NCBI GenBank assembly: GCA_030390025.1
Contig: CM059432.1
Span: 89,282,001-89,346,000, forward strand
Direction: 5' to 3'
Source: Squalus acanthias
Lineage: Eukaryota
Length of the DNA stretch: 64,000 nt
This document shows, piece after piece, positions 23,376 to 35,770 of this stretch. Under the pieces are notes generated by a model. It ran no database searches and was not told where the DNA came from. It saw nothing but the letters and a program-made list of their open reading frames with translations. Position numbers and translations under genes: made by a program. Within the stretch, counting starts at the first letter, position 1. Each line of letters opens with the position of its first letter.

Positions 23376-26300
23376 ATGGCGGACACGAACACCGTTTCCG
23401 TGAAACTGCTGGAGTTTTGGGAAAACCAGCCCGAAGCCTGGTTTCTCCAAGCTGAATCCCGCTTCCGGCTGCGAAACATCACCACAGATGGGACGCAGTA
23501 CGACTACCTCGTCACATCACTCGGTAGCGCCACAGTTTCGAAGGTTTGGACAGCGCTGCAGAACCCACCAGAGGAAGGCAAGTATGCACATCTGAAGGCA
23601 GCGCTCCTTAAAAAATTTACGGCCTCGGCATATCAGCGAAACTGCCACCTCCTCGACCTTCCAGGCCTCGGTGATGCCTCACCGTCAGACCTCCTCTCCC
23701 ACATGCTCTCCCTCACCGACGAGAGCCCACCCGGATCCCTCTTCCGCATGCTGTTCATCCGCCAGCTCCCTCTCAGCATCCGCCCAGCGATCGTGGTGTC
23801 CGGCCTCACGAACCTGGAAGCCCTGGCCGATGAGGCCGACAAGCTGCTGTCCGCTCACTCCAGCCGCGACGTCACTCCAGACCTGGCAGCCAATGCCTGG
23901 GCGCGCCCCTCACTGGCCACCACACGGCCACAAGGATCAGCCACCAGGCCCACGGGGCCTTCGCGCCCCACTAACCCGGGCCACTGTTACTACCACGCAC
24001 GGTTCAGCGCCAGGGCACAACGGTGCACACCTCCCTGCTCTTTCAAGTCCGCCCCCGTACCAGCCCCCGCGATGGCCGTGGGCCACGCGGGCTCCCTGCT
24101 GTACGTCACGGATGACAAAACCGGTCGTCGGTTCCTGTGCGGCACTGGAGCTCAGCACAGCATCATCCCGGCCTCCTCCCTCGACATCCAAAAGGGCGAA
24201 CGAGGACCGGCGCTGGCTGCTGCTAACGGCTCGGAAATCCGGACGTATGGCACCCAGACAGTCACCCTCGACCTCGCTGGTCGCCGCTACCGATGGGAGT
24301 TCATCACTGCCAAGGTGCTCTCCCCTCTCATCGGCGCAGATTTCCTGTGCGCCCACGGCCTACTGGTAGACATCCCTCATCACCGCCTCGTGGACATGAA
24401 CACCATGTCCCCCATCCTGGGCGCCATGGCCCCCCGTCAACCCGTCGACATGGCATCACATGGCCACGCCCGGGCCACGGATGACTACTCGGCACTCCTG
24501 GCCGAATTCCCGACCACCAAGTCCCCATCCACCCTGCGGACGTCCCCAATCCGACCTTCTCCGCAGAGGCCGCCAAACACGGGGTGGAACACTTCATCCC
24601 CACCACAGGCCCCCCAGTGTACGCCCACGCCTGCAGGCTGGACCCGGCCAAACTGGAGATCACGCGGACCGAGTTTGCCACCATGGAACAGCTTGGCATC
24701 ATCCGCCCCTCCAACAGTCCCTGGGCCTCCCCACTCCACATCGCCCCCAAACCAGACGGGGGTTGGCAGCCCCTGCGGTGATTACCGCTGCCTCAACGAC
24801 GCCACCACCCCTGATCGGTACCCCGTGCCGCACATTCAGGACTTCTCGGCTAGACTGGCCGGCCGCTCAGTCATTTCCAAGGTCGACCTGGTGCGCGGCT
24901 ACCACCAAGTCCCCGTCCACCCCGCGGACGTCCCCAAGACAGCCGTAATCACCCCCTTCGGCCTGTTCGAGTTCCTGCGGATGCCCTTCGGCCTCAAAAA
25001 TGTGGCCCAGGCATTCCAACGGCTCATGGACTCGGTCCTTCGGGACCTGAAGTTCCTGTTCGTCTACCTGGACGACATCCTGGTAGCCAGTTCCTCCAAG
25101 CAGGAACACCATGAACACCTTCGCATCCTGTTCGGGCGCCTCAGCGACCACGGGCTCATCCTCAGCCCAGCCAAATGCCAGTTCGGCCTGGACAAGATCG
25201 ACTTCCTCGGCCACCACATCACCCATGCTGGGGCCATTCCCCTGCCCACCAAGGTGCAGGCCGTCCAACAATTTCCCCGCCCCACCACCATCAAAGGCCT
25301 CCAGGAGTTCCTCAGGATGGTGAATTTCTATAACCGCTTCATCCCCAAAGCGGCGTCCCTCATGAGGCCCCTGTATGAAGCCCTCCGGGGCAGGAGCGGC
25401 AAGATGGTGGTCGAATGGACGGCAGACGCGTCCGCCGCCTTCGACTCCACCAAGACCGCGCTCGCCAACGCCACCCTGCTCGCGCACCCACGGCCCAATG
25501 CCAGGGTAGCGCTCACCACGGACGCCTCCGACCACGCGGTCGGCGCCGTGTATGAGCAGTGGGTCGACGGCGCCTGGCAACCACTTGCCTTCTTCAGCCG
25601 CCAACTACGCCCCCCAGAGGTCAAGTACAGCACCTTCGACCGCGAGCTCCTCGCGCTGTTCCTGGCGGTCCGCCATTTTCGGGTTTTGATTGAGGGCCAC
25701 CCCTTCATTGCGTTTGTCGACCACAAGCCCCTGACATTCGCAATGGCAAAGACAACCGACCCCTGGTCCACCAGGCAGCAGCGCCAGCTCGCGGCAGTGT
25801 CCGAGTTCACCACGGACATCCAACACGTCTCCGGCTGAGACAATGTGGTAGCCGACTGCCTCTCCCGCCCCGCCATCCACGCCGCACACCTGGCAGTCAA
25901 CTACGCTCAACTCGCAGCAGACCAGATCACCGACCCTGATCTGCTCTCTGCACCTACCAACCTACCAGGGCTACGCCTGGCCGACGTCGCTTGTGGCCCG
26001 ACCGCAGTCACGGTCAAGTGCGACATATCCCTATGTCAACCTCGGCCCGTCGTCCCTGCGTCCTGGCGCCGCCGGGTATTCGACATTCTCCACAACCTCT
26101 CCCACCCCGGCGCCCGCGCATCCATCAAATTGGTAGCCAACCGCTTTGTCTGGTGCGGCCTTCGCAAGGATGTGCGTATTTGGGCCAACTCCTGCCTAGC
26201 CTGCCAACGGGCCAAGGTACAGCAACACACGAAAGCACCCCTCGAAGAGTTTACCGTCCCCTCACGGAGATTCGACCACATCCACGTGGACATCGTCGGG

Positions 26301-27215
26301 CCCCTGCCGCCGTCGCAAGGCCACACGCACTTGCTGACGATCGTTGACCGCACCACGCGCTGGCCCGAGGCAATTCCACTGACCTCTACCACCACCGCCG
26401 ACATCGCCAGAGCCTTCGTCAGCACCTGGGTCTCACGGTTCGGCGTCCCCTCCGACATGACGTCGGACAGAGGTCCGCAATTTACCTCTGAACTCTGGAC
26501 CGCTGTCGCACGCAATCTCGGGGTGACCATTCACCGCACCACAGCGTACCACCCCCAAGCCAACGGACTGTGTGAGTGGTTCCACAGATCCTTGAAGGCA
26601 TCTCTTCCAGCCAGCCTCCAGGATGGCGCCTGGACCGATCGACTTCCGTGGGTCCTCCTCGGCCTGCGCACCGCGGTTAAAGAAGACCTCCATGCATCGG
26701 CAGCAGAGCTCGTGTACGGTCAGCCGCTGCGCGTACCCGGCGAGTTCCTGCCCACCGCCACGACACCCTGGTCAGCCGACCAGCAACGCCACGACTTCGC
26801 CTCACCGGCGCTGCAGTTCGCCCCGGTGCCCATTGCCCGACACGGCGAATCCACCTCACACGTCCCACTAAGCCTGCACCAGGCACGGTTCGTTTTCGTC
26901 CAGCACGACGCCCACCGCGGACCCCTTCAACCCCCGTACGACGGGCCCTACAAGGTGCTACAGGCTGGGGACAAATTTTTCACCCTGCAAGTGGGCGACA
27001 GGACCGAAAAAGTGTCGGTTGACCGACTCAAGCCAGCACACTCGGAGCCCGGTGAGCAGGTCCTTGTAGCTCGTCCACCGCCACGCGGCCGACCTGCCCT
27101 CAAGCCGGTTCACCCGGCGGCTCCACGCCCGGCCGTTCCACATCCACCGGCGTCCTACAAGAGCTGCTCCGGCCGGCCCATCAGACCGCCGCACCGTCTC
27201 GTCCACACCTCCTAA
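23376..27215 (+). pseudogene. gag-pol: Gypsy gag-pol polyprotein (single-ORF type), disrupted
   Basis: Gag CHCC knuckle CYYHARFSARAQRCTPPC. Protease site FLCGTGA (catalytic D replaced by G). RT YLDD and RNase H TTDAS. A TGA at 25836-25838 interrupts VSG*DNVVAD. Integrase has HHCC and HVDIVG/SDRG/NGLCE. Compensating frameshifts lie at ~24513-24770. Confidence 0.93.
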
Positions 27216-27235
27216 GCGGATTCTGGGGGGAGCTG

Positions 27236-27482
27236 TGTGGCAGATCGCCACCTAAACGGGCATTATCCACTTTTCCGTCCGTGGACAATATATCGAGCAC
27301 CTTGCCTTTAAGGCACCTTGCCTTTAAGGCAGGAGAAAAGGAGTGGGCGGGGCCTCAGGATTTTTCCAGAGAATTCTGGGAGCAGTCTGTTCAGCCATTT
27401 TGGACCATGCAGTTGTATTAAAAAGCCTTTGTTTCCCACACATGGATTCAGTCTTAATTCGTGTTTCGCGGCAGCCTCAACA
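27236..27482 (+). repeat. 3' LTR (247 bp), preceded by polypurine tract GGGGGGAG (27225-27232)
   Basis: Direct repeat of the 5' LTR, with a tandem duplication of accttgcctttaaggc. Confidence 0.95.
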
Positions 27483-28203
27483 GTACCATGAATTTGGGCA
27501 GAACCTAGGTTCCTCATCCTATTTACTATCCATCCCAAATTCTGATGTTAGCTGTGGGTGAGACTTGGCCCACCTTCCTATTGCCATGGTCTGCTTTGGG
27601 CATGTCTGGGGGTATTCCACAAGCTACCTCATTGGCTGAGCTGTACCTACATCTTCTGAGAGCAGGTGTAGGTGCCATACTGAGATATAAGAAGGCTCCA
27701 AGATTGCCTGAAAGAAAAGGGATCAATTTCCTTTAAAATGCTTCCACTTTCATCCTTTAGGAGCATTCAAAGAATTATGTAGACTCATTTATTTTGCCAT
27801 TCCTGGGGCTTGGAGTACCCCGGAGGAGCTGGGTGATGTTCTTTTGGGTGGGTGCCTCTGTTGTGCCTGTACAGTACAGGCCACCTGCCTCAACGATGCG
27901 AATGTCCCCATAATTTGTGACGAGGTCAACGCCAAGGCTCAGTGGTGGCTGGCAGTCTGGCCCAACTGCACTTCTGATGGTGGATCAGGGCTCCAGGTGT
28001 TTCGGCAGCATATTGTTTTATTGACTAGGCCTCAATAATTAGATTTATTAGAATCAATGAATTCTAATTTATTGCATGAATCTTCACTTCATATAATTAG
28101 TGGTGACTGGTAGAGATTGATAAGTAGTCTATTGTGCATAACAATAATTTCCCAAAGTTATTTATTCATCAGTTACTGGTGCCTCCTTGTAATTCATAGA
28201 CAA

Positions 28204-29050
28204 AGGCTGAAATTTTGCCTACCCGGGCGATTGCCATGGCGGGTCGCGACCCCGCTGCTGGCTCCATCCCGCTGCTGAAAATGACTTTACCTTAATAGAG
28301 CCTATTAAGCCCGCCCTGCGCGTTACCCGGCCCAATTAAATGGTGCGGGTCTGGTGACATCATCAATGATGCATTTTCAGCTGGAATATTTGAAGGGGCC
28401 ATGGCCACATTGGATTTGAATGTCAATGTAACATAGTGCTGTCAGTGTACTAAAGCATTGGAGTGCTGCAAACACTGACAATGACTCCGATATGCTTATG
28501 GAGGGAGTCAGAGCACGCAGGGAGGTTCTCTTCCCTTCCAATGGGCAGAAGAGACCTCCCCAGGACACCAAAACAGCCTGGTTGGAGATTGCAGAGGGCA
28601 CCAGCAGGGACGTGGTCAGGAGGACCTGGGTGCAGTGCCGCAAACATTTCAATGATCTCATTAGATCAGGAAACATGAGTACAAAGCCACACTCACCTTC
28701 ATCCTGCTGTGCCTCTCATCACATCCCCATCACTCTGCCTTCCCAACCCTACTCCTGTACATCATTACTCACACCAACATACCTTGCACGTCCACCCATC
28801 CCTCTCTCTCTATTTACATTATCACTTCCCCATCTCACTAGCCACCCCTCACACTCACCCGCATTCTAATGCAATCACACCAACTAACAACACACAAGGA
28901 GGCCACTTGGCTTTGGCTGACAGACGCGCCTGGGGGAAAGGCATGTGGGAGCAGGATGGCGGCGGGTTCCCGACCCGCTCCCAAAAATAACAATTTTCCC
29001 ACCTGACCCGCCTCTGATGGCGCCCGCTACCACCCCGGAAATTCCGGTCA
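28204..29050 (+). mobile_element. Non-autonomous Harbinger derivative retaining Myb/SANT exon 1
   Basis: 28492-28670 reads EGVRARREVLFP...AWLEIAE...RRTWVQCRKHFNDL. Termini GGCTGAAATTTT / GAAATTCCGGTC are imperfect. Subterminals resemble 53346-54201. Confidence 0.7.
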
Positions 29051-29944
29051 AAGTTAGTGATGGCAGCCTGTGAGCAATCAATAGCTCACCAGCGATTGTC
29101 CTTGTTAGTCAGTGGTGCCTACTTATAATCAATAGATATTGTACCAGGGAGCGTAGTGATTCCTAGTCATTTACTTGTTAGAGGTGCCTATTTATAATCA
29201 GTAGGTGTTGTACCAGGGAAACTAGGGATTCCTCAGTTTGCTTAGTTGCATTTGTGGCTTTTGCTGCAATCAATAGTAGGAGTTCAAATGGATTTATGTA
29301 AAAGTCCCCCCGTTAGAGTGCATAGTTGCCCTAGGATTATTGGAGCTGCTTCTTAAGTTCCCAAATTCATGTTTCTACATTTAACATATGCATTAAATAT
29401 GAAGTGTATCTACAGTAAGGCAATGCAAGTTGAATAATGGATGTTGCACACATTAAGGACAAGTTCGAAACTTTTTTTAACCAACCAAATCATCACTTAC
29501 CTCAGGCAAGATGTTATTTTCTAAAAAAAATGTATTACTCCTTGAAGAAATAATTTTGCCAGTGCAATAATTTGAAATCTGATTTAATGATAAAGCAAAG
29601 TGATCCTATTGATCATCTTTTTTACAAATGCTAATTTCATTACTAAGAAACACAATAAGCTGGTGTCATTATATACTGTTGATCATTAGCCCTAATGAAC
29701 TTGTAGTGTTTTCTCTAATGGCCTTTGAAACAATACTAGGAATAAGCTCCTGATAATAGGAGCAAAAATTCAAGTCAAAGTTCAGAAGACAAAATTTAAA
29801 TGGCCATTTAAATAATTATATTATTACTTTCTGTTGCAGCAACAATACTACAATACCACAATAGTATATTAAATTACAGAATTAGTCAAACATAACAGTC
29901 GGGGCAGTATTTTAACCTCAGTGTTTTCTGAGGCTCCACTGACT

Positions 29945-30683
29945 GGGCTAGAAATTCGGTATCGCCCTGGTTGGGGTGCTAACTTTTGAGAAGTTGGAAG
30001 TTTAGCGCCAGGTGCTAAAAAATCTCGCTGCCCGCTAAATTCAGTCTCAGCGCTCAAAGACTGCAGGGGAGCGATAAATCAGGCGCTAATGGTATAGGTG
30101 AGTGGCGTTAGACTCCAAGCGATAACTAATATGCAGCATTGTGTAATCGGGAGTGAGCATTGGCGAAGGTGCCATCCAGACATTAAAGGGGAGGGTCACT
30201 GGAGTCTGCACACCAGCCCCCAGTGATTCGAGGAGTGCAGAATGGCAATATGCTGTGGGATGAAATGCAAAGTGCTTTGATGGGCCGCAACACTCTGGGG
30301 ACTAAACATCCTTTGTTTGGCTGCAGATACATCCTGTGCTCTCTGCCACTCATAACTGACCTTTGGAATGGAAGTTCCTTGACAGCTGGGGCACATCCCT
30401 TTAAGGAGCGCCCCACCAGCTGGCTGGTTCACGCCTCCACTCCCTGGCGCTGTCGGCGCGAGGTGGTAAGGTGAGGGGCGCTACTTAAGTTTGCAGATTG
30501 GGTGCCCAGCTTGCTGACATCACGATCTGCATGGCGAAAGGAGCCGAGGCACTAATTGTTATCGCAGGAGCTACGGGGCCGGCCAATTTGCCGTGCAGCG
30601 CAGGATTCACCCCGCCACGGCGCTACTGCTTGAGCGCCCCGTTAGCGCCCCCGCCAGGCACTAACATGCCGAATTTCTCCCCC
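29945..30683. mobile_element. Harbinger-type MITE
   Basis: GGGCTAGAAATTCGG / CCGAATTTCTCCCCC termini. The (tagcgcc)-rich subterminals resemble 11753-12643. Confidence 0.75.
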
Positions 30684-30788
30684 AAAATATTTAAATTAAC
30701 TTACCCAGGAAACTCCCTCTGTTGGTGAATGGTGTAACTTTCTGGCACAACAATGGCATAACTGTCATTGAGGAAATTCGGAGCCAAT

Positions 30789-31531
30789 GGGCTGGATTTT
30801 GAATGACCCATGGAGTCGGGTTTGGAGGCGTCTGGGGGGTTAAATTTGCGGGGTCGGGGTTTCCGACCCCATCCCGACTCCATCCTGCCTCCACGCAATT
30901 TTGACATAATCAGTCGCGGGGTTCACGACTCCGTCCCGCCTTCAAGAGGCGGGAGAGGCCATTAAAGCCCTTAACAAGCTCTAAATTGGCTCTGTAATGC
31001 CATTTTGAAATGCTATAGCTAGTTTAACCCTCTTCTGACGTGTGAAACACTCCAGTGAAACCTGGCGGGAGCACAAGTGGATAGCTATCGGCTGCAGGTC
31101 CACTATTACAACGGAGATGTGATGAAGGTAGTAGTAGTAGTATTAGGTGTGAACATCGCCTCTGATGCTGCTGCATTGAATGTCTTCAGAGACTGCCTGG
31201 GAGGACTTGCTTGGCAAAAAAATTCATATTCTCTCTCTCTCTCTCTCTCCCCCCCCCCCTCATTTTTGCATCCAGGTCCACTCACATCAAAAGCCAGGCA
31301 GGTCCTCTCTCACCAACAGTATCTGAGACTAGGCAGTCAGCAATGATGACATCATCAGAGGCGACTTTCAGACTGAAAACACTAATTAGTTCATGGGTTC
31401 CCACATGCTCCAACTCAATTGCCCAATTAAGTGAAAATTGCATCAGGCATCCACATTAATCTGGAGTCGGGGGGGAAACACGAAATGCGGATTACACGAC
31501 CCCAACCCGACCCCAAGACAAAATCCAGCCC
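30789..31531. mobile_element. Harbinger-type MITE
   Basis: Perfect 13-bp TIR GGGCTGGATTTTG / CAAAATCCAGCCC, with flanks AAT / ATT. Confidence 0.8.
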
Positions 31532-33104
31532 ATTTGTCTTTCTTCACTTGTAAATATAATAGATCGGTGCTGGGGGTTTTGGACAATTTCTCACTTTCTC
31601 ATGCATTGTGTCAGCATCAAGCATTCCCAGTCATCTCCCTGTCCTTTTCCAGTTTCCTTCCTGCCGGTTAAAATTATGTTAGTTATTCATTTCCTAAGAA
31701 TGGATTTCCCAACTGCCCTCACCAGTTCTTCAGGCAAGGATCATCTGAGCAGGGATCAGGACAAGGCCTTAAGGATGTATCTTTGCCCAGTTCCTACTAC
31801 TCGCTGTTTTCCAGCTAGAGATTTCTTTCATACTCCGGGGCTTCAAAATGTACCACATTCAAATTACATTCAAATATTTTAATTTGCTCCGAGCAGGACT
31901 AACAACTTTTCCCTGGGATCGTGCTGTTTGTCCTGTAAACTAATTTGAACTGGGCCAGGGGAAGCTACATGTGCAAAAGTTCTTAAAGCCTTATTTGTAA
32001 TGGAATATCATTTTTAATATTGTGCTGTTTTTCAAAATATATTGTTCTAATTCAAATTTAAAATAAATATTTTTCCTATATTTTCTGGTACAATTTGTAT
32101 TTTGTCATAATAGTAGGCTGTTTTTTAAACATCCTGAAAACAATAACTGATTATTATCTAAGTCACCAGAAAGTCAGCTACAATTGAAGTATTTACAAGA
32201 CTCTAGGAGAACAGGGACAGATACAAACTTTTATGGAAGCTAAGGGAGCCCCAAAGCATCTAAGTGCAATCTACAGAATCCTGTACTAGTCAGTAAATCA
32301 AGGCAAATTTAATAACGGGATTAGTTTTGATATTGCTCAAATACAATATTTCATGGTCAAATCAGTACAACATAAAAGAAGGTATGCAAGGGAGATCAGT
32401 CGGCACCAGAGCTACACTGCCAATGGCATCAACCATACCTGCAGATCTTGGCACACGGACCTGGCAATGACTGAGGACAAATGCCTGGACTTGCGACTGG
32501 TTAGCAGAGCACCAAATGCAAAGCTTGGATATCTGCTGCATGCAAGGATATCTATAGTCAACTTCTAACATAGGAATAGTACTGCCAATGCCAATTAAGA
32601 TCACTACTGCCATCTGTACGTCTGCAGTTCATTCTAGGCTAGCACTACGTTATTAGCTAATGTGCTGCCAAAGATGTATCAAACAGGTGACTTATCCAGC
32701 AGCCAGCATGGCCAGCACTTGCATCCCTTTATCTACTGAAGACCACAAAAGCATGACACGCTGACCAATGGCACCACATTGCTGTATTGAGAGGCTCATT
32801 GATACCAGGCAGGTGGCATCGATTAGCATTTTCCAGTTACTACTCCTCCTCCTCCTCCTCTGCCATTATCTCTTGATTATTCTCACCTATTTGCTCTGCC
32901 CCAACCAATGCTATCTCCTCAAGCACAAGTAATTGCATCTCCTGGAATGTGTGGCGCTGTGGTGGTGTTAACAAACTTTGGTTAGAGGGATGCAGGGTGC
33001 TTTTTGGAACTCTCTTGTTTTGAACTGCTGGTAGATTGTCCTTCCAGTAACATAAAAGGAGCAAACATTGGTAACAAGAGGCACCTTCAAACAGAGCGTA
33101 CATT

Positions 33105-33509
33105 ACATAGAAACATACATAGAAACATAGAATCTAGGAGCAGGAGTAGGCCATTCGGCCCATCGAGCCTGCTCCACCATTCAATACGATCATGGCTGAT
33201 CATCCAAATCCAGTACCCTGTCCCTGCTTTAATCCCCACAGTACACATATCCCACCCTACCCCCGTAACCCCACGTATTTAATTCCCCCTAACATATCCC
33301 ATCCTATCCTATCCCCATAACCCCACATATTTAATCCCCCCCTAACACTAAGGGTCAATTTATCATAGCCAAATCAACCTAACCCGCACATTTTTGGACT
33401 GTGGGAGGAAACCGGAGCACCCGGAGGAAACCCACGCAGACACGGGGAGAATGTGCAAACTCCACACAGACAGTCACCTGAGGTCAGATTCGAACCCGGG
33501 TCTCTGGCA
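33105..33509 (-). mobile_element. HE1-like V-SINE (partial tRNA-derived head, V domain, CR1-derived 3' tail)
   Basis: B-box-like GGTTCGAATC at ~33488-33497 (-). V-domain GTTTGCACATTCTCCCCGTGTCTGCGTGGGTTTCCTCCGGGTGCTCCGG. CR1-type tail at 33105-33230. Confidence 0.85.
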
Positions 33510-34477
33510 AGATAATGTGTGATTGTGCAGTTATGTTTATGACTGTGTGGAAGTGAGTGAGAAAGGGACAAGACCTAACAGCAGGATATTACTAGCCAAA
33601 AGCTAGGGGGAGCCTGTCGCTTCACATTTCCCTACTTCCTCCATGCTTTTATGTGCAAGAATTACCAGAGTGCCCTCCTTGAAAGGAGTCAAGAGCTTAT
33701 GATTTCTGAACCTTTCTCAAGTTCAGGTCTGTTTCTCTGTGTTCTGTGCCCCTGGTGTGCATGGAGAGTGGTTCTCTTGAAATGAAGGGAATTGAAGGAA
33801 GACAGTGGTATCAGTAACTAGCTATCAGCAGCTAAGTTGTGATACAATGACTTTATGTGTGAAGCCCTTTGAAGATGCTAAGGTTTTCAATTATAAGTTG
33901 CAGGTTGAATATTTGCCCTCCTCAAGTATCAATATGCATAAAAAGCATGAAACAGCTGTTAAATTCTGTGGCTTGGCAGCAGCCAGCAGTAAATGTGGAA
34001 TAGGTTGTCGAGCAACACGTTTCATGGGCAAAAATGGAAGATCTACCTGGTAAGCTGACCTTGGCAGTTTCCTTAAGCTGTGCCATTTTTTTCTTCACCT
34101 GTTCCCAGACTATGTGGGTGGTGTGCAAGCTTAGTCATCACCTTCTGCCGGGCATATTAGGCACTTTACAACCTTCCGGATTCAACATCGAGTTCAACAA
34201 TTTCAGATCATAACCACTGCTCTCATTTCTTCGGACAGCAGGTGCTGGTAATGGTTCTGCTGTTGCCATTTTCAGCTCCTCTGGACCCATCTTTTGTTTC
34301 TTTTCTTGTCCCGTTACCACCCCCTGTTGCCTTGCACCATCATCCATTTTGTCATTTAATCACTCCTGCCTTCCACTCTATCATAGATCTTCCCTTTGGT
34401 TCTTTCCTCCTCTCCTCCTCCCCCATTCTTTCCCTGCCTCTGCACTTTCTTAAAAATTGTTACATCTCTAACTTCTT

Positions 34478-34512
34478 CCAGTTCTGATGAAAGGCCATCG
34501 ACCTGAAACGTT
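34478..34512 (+). ncRNA. Minimal hammerhead ribozyme core (disrupted)
   Basis: CUGAUGA at 34484-34490, stem II aggcc-atc-gacct, GAAAC at 34505-34509 and palindromic AACGUU. The 3' strand of stem I is displaced to 35335 by the MITE. Confidence 0.6.
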
Positions 34513-35331
34513 GGGGCTGATTTTGCCAATGGGGGCATGTTGGAGGTGGGACTGCTGCTTGTCGGGTTTTAGTCCTGCCTTGATCGACTTGTGGCCAACC
34601 CACGCTATTTTCCCTTGACTGACCTTGTTAAGCCGCCCAGCGGGCTTATCAGACCAATTAAGGGAAAGCCGGTGACAGAGAACGTCAGCGTATGATGTTT
34701 CATCTGTCAAAAATTTTTGACAGATGAATTGTCGTTTGACAGCTTTGAGAATTGTCAAACATTGACACTCTCTGTTATTTGGTGAGTTCTTGTACAAACC
34801 TATTTCCTGAGCAGAAAGCAGATGGCTGTTGCATCGGAGAATGCAGCAGTGATTCTGTCATCTCTGCCATTGAGATGCCAGAGCCTCCGCATCCCCAACG
34901 ATTGAAGCCTGCAGGAAGAAACAAAGGTAAGGAAACTTTTTCTAACACTTTTCACTCACCTCACATACTTACCTCTCCACACTTGCACCCATCACTCACC
35001 TCCACAGCGCACTTTTCGAACCCTCTCACCCCCGCAGACCCACTGCTCACCTCGCTGACCCTGGTGGGGTTTCCCGACATTGGGAAGTCCGCACCTCTGT
35101 TGGAAAAATGGGGATAAACCTCTTAACTGCCTGTTAACTACCTGTTAAGTGGCTGTAATCCCCTTCCCACCTCCAGGTGACGGGACCCGGTGCGGGTCGG
35201 GTACCCGTCTCCTGAGAAGATGGCACGGAGGCGGGTTGGGGGGCGAGATGCGTATCCGCTCCCAGATTCTGCCATTTTCCCGGCAGTCCCACCTCCAAAC
35301 CCGCCTCCCCAGTGCTGGCAAAATCGCCCCC
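34513..35331. mobile_element. Harbinger-type MITE
   Basis: GGGGCTGATTTTGCCA / TGGCAAAATCGCCCCC termini, with flanks GTT / ATT. A second copy lies inverted at 51213-52058. Confidence 0.9.
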
Positions 35332-35489
35332 ATTAACTCTGGTTCTCTCTCCACAGATGCTGCCTGACCTGCTGAGTATTTCCAGCATTTTCACTTTTTA
35401 TTTCATATAACACTGCTGTGCTCTGGTGAATGATATCATGGAATGTCAATCATGCCAATCATTCTTGCAATCATCTCTTGCAGCAGCAG

Positions 35490-35770
35490 TGTAGATGAGC
35501 AGAGAGACCTTGGAGGCCATATACACAAATCCTTAAAGGTGGCAGGGCAAGTTGATAAGATGGTCAAAAAAGCATATGGGTTAATTGGTTTTTATAAATA
35601 ATGGGATAGAATATAAAAGGAAAGACATCATGCTAGAACTTTATGAATCACTGGTTAGGCCTTAGGAGTATTGTTGACAATTCTGGGCACCACATTTCAG
35701 GAAAGATGTAAAGTCATTAGAAAGGGTGCAGAGGAAGTTTACCCAGATGTTACCAGGGATAAGGGGCTTT
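35490..35770 (+). mobile_element. Old CR1 ORF2 fragment
   Basis: Degenerate EQRDLG..HKSLKVAGQVDKMVKKAYG..GIEYK..QFWAPHFRKDV coding. Confidence 0.75.

Larger units (their letters stand above)
23105..27482 (+). mobile_element. Full-length Ty3/Gypsy LTR retrotransposon, CsRn1-clade-like, inactivated; TSD GTAC
   Basis: Near-identical LTRs at 23105-23335 and 27236-27482 (TG...CA). GTAC on both flanks. PBS, PPT and gag-PR-RT-RH-IN order are present. Confidence 0.97.
34157..35405 (+). mobile_element. Penelope-like retroelement 3' end (ORF C-terminus plus pseudo-LTR), interrupted by a MITE
   Basis: 34157-34213 reads LGTLQPSGFNIEFNNFRS*, like the C-terminus of PLE GIY-YIG ORFs. A pyrimidine-rich UTR follows, then CTGATGA...GAAACGTT, and after the MITE aactctggttctctctccacagatgctgcctgacctgctgag. 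Confidence 0.8.

Noticed and set aside
23633..26886. Many long overlapping or antisense ORFs within the Gypsy element
   Set aside because: Expected by-product of high GC content and codon bias; no recognisable domains.
32350..33100. Possible Harbinger transposase remnants (LAMTEDKCL on +, acidic tail on -)
   Set aside because: Too degenerate, and the orientations conflict, so no call is supported.
33480..33510. tRNA gene suggested by a B-box
   Set aside because: It is the truncated head of a SINE and forms no cloverleaf.
33805..34128. Short ORFs in unique AT-rich DNA as host exons
   Set aside because: No recognisable domain and no convincing pair of splice sites.
34698..34730. Strong palindrome catctgtcaaaaatttttgacagatg as a terminator or structured RNA
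   Set aside because: Internal to a MITE (also at ~51843-51870); no evidence of independent function.
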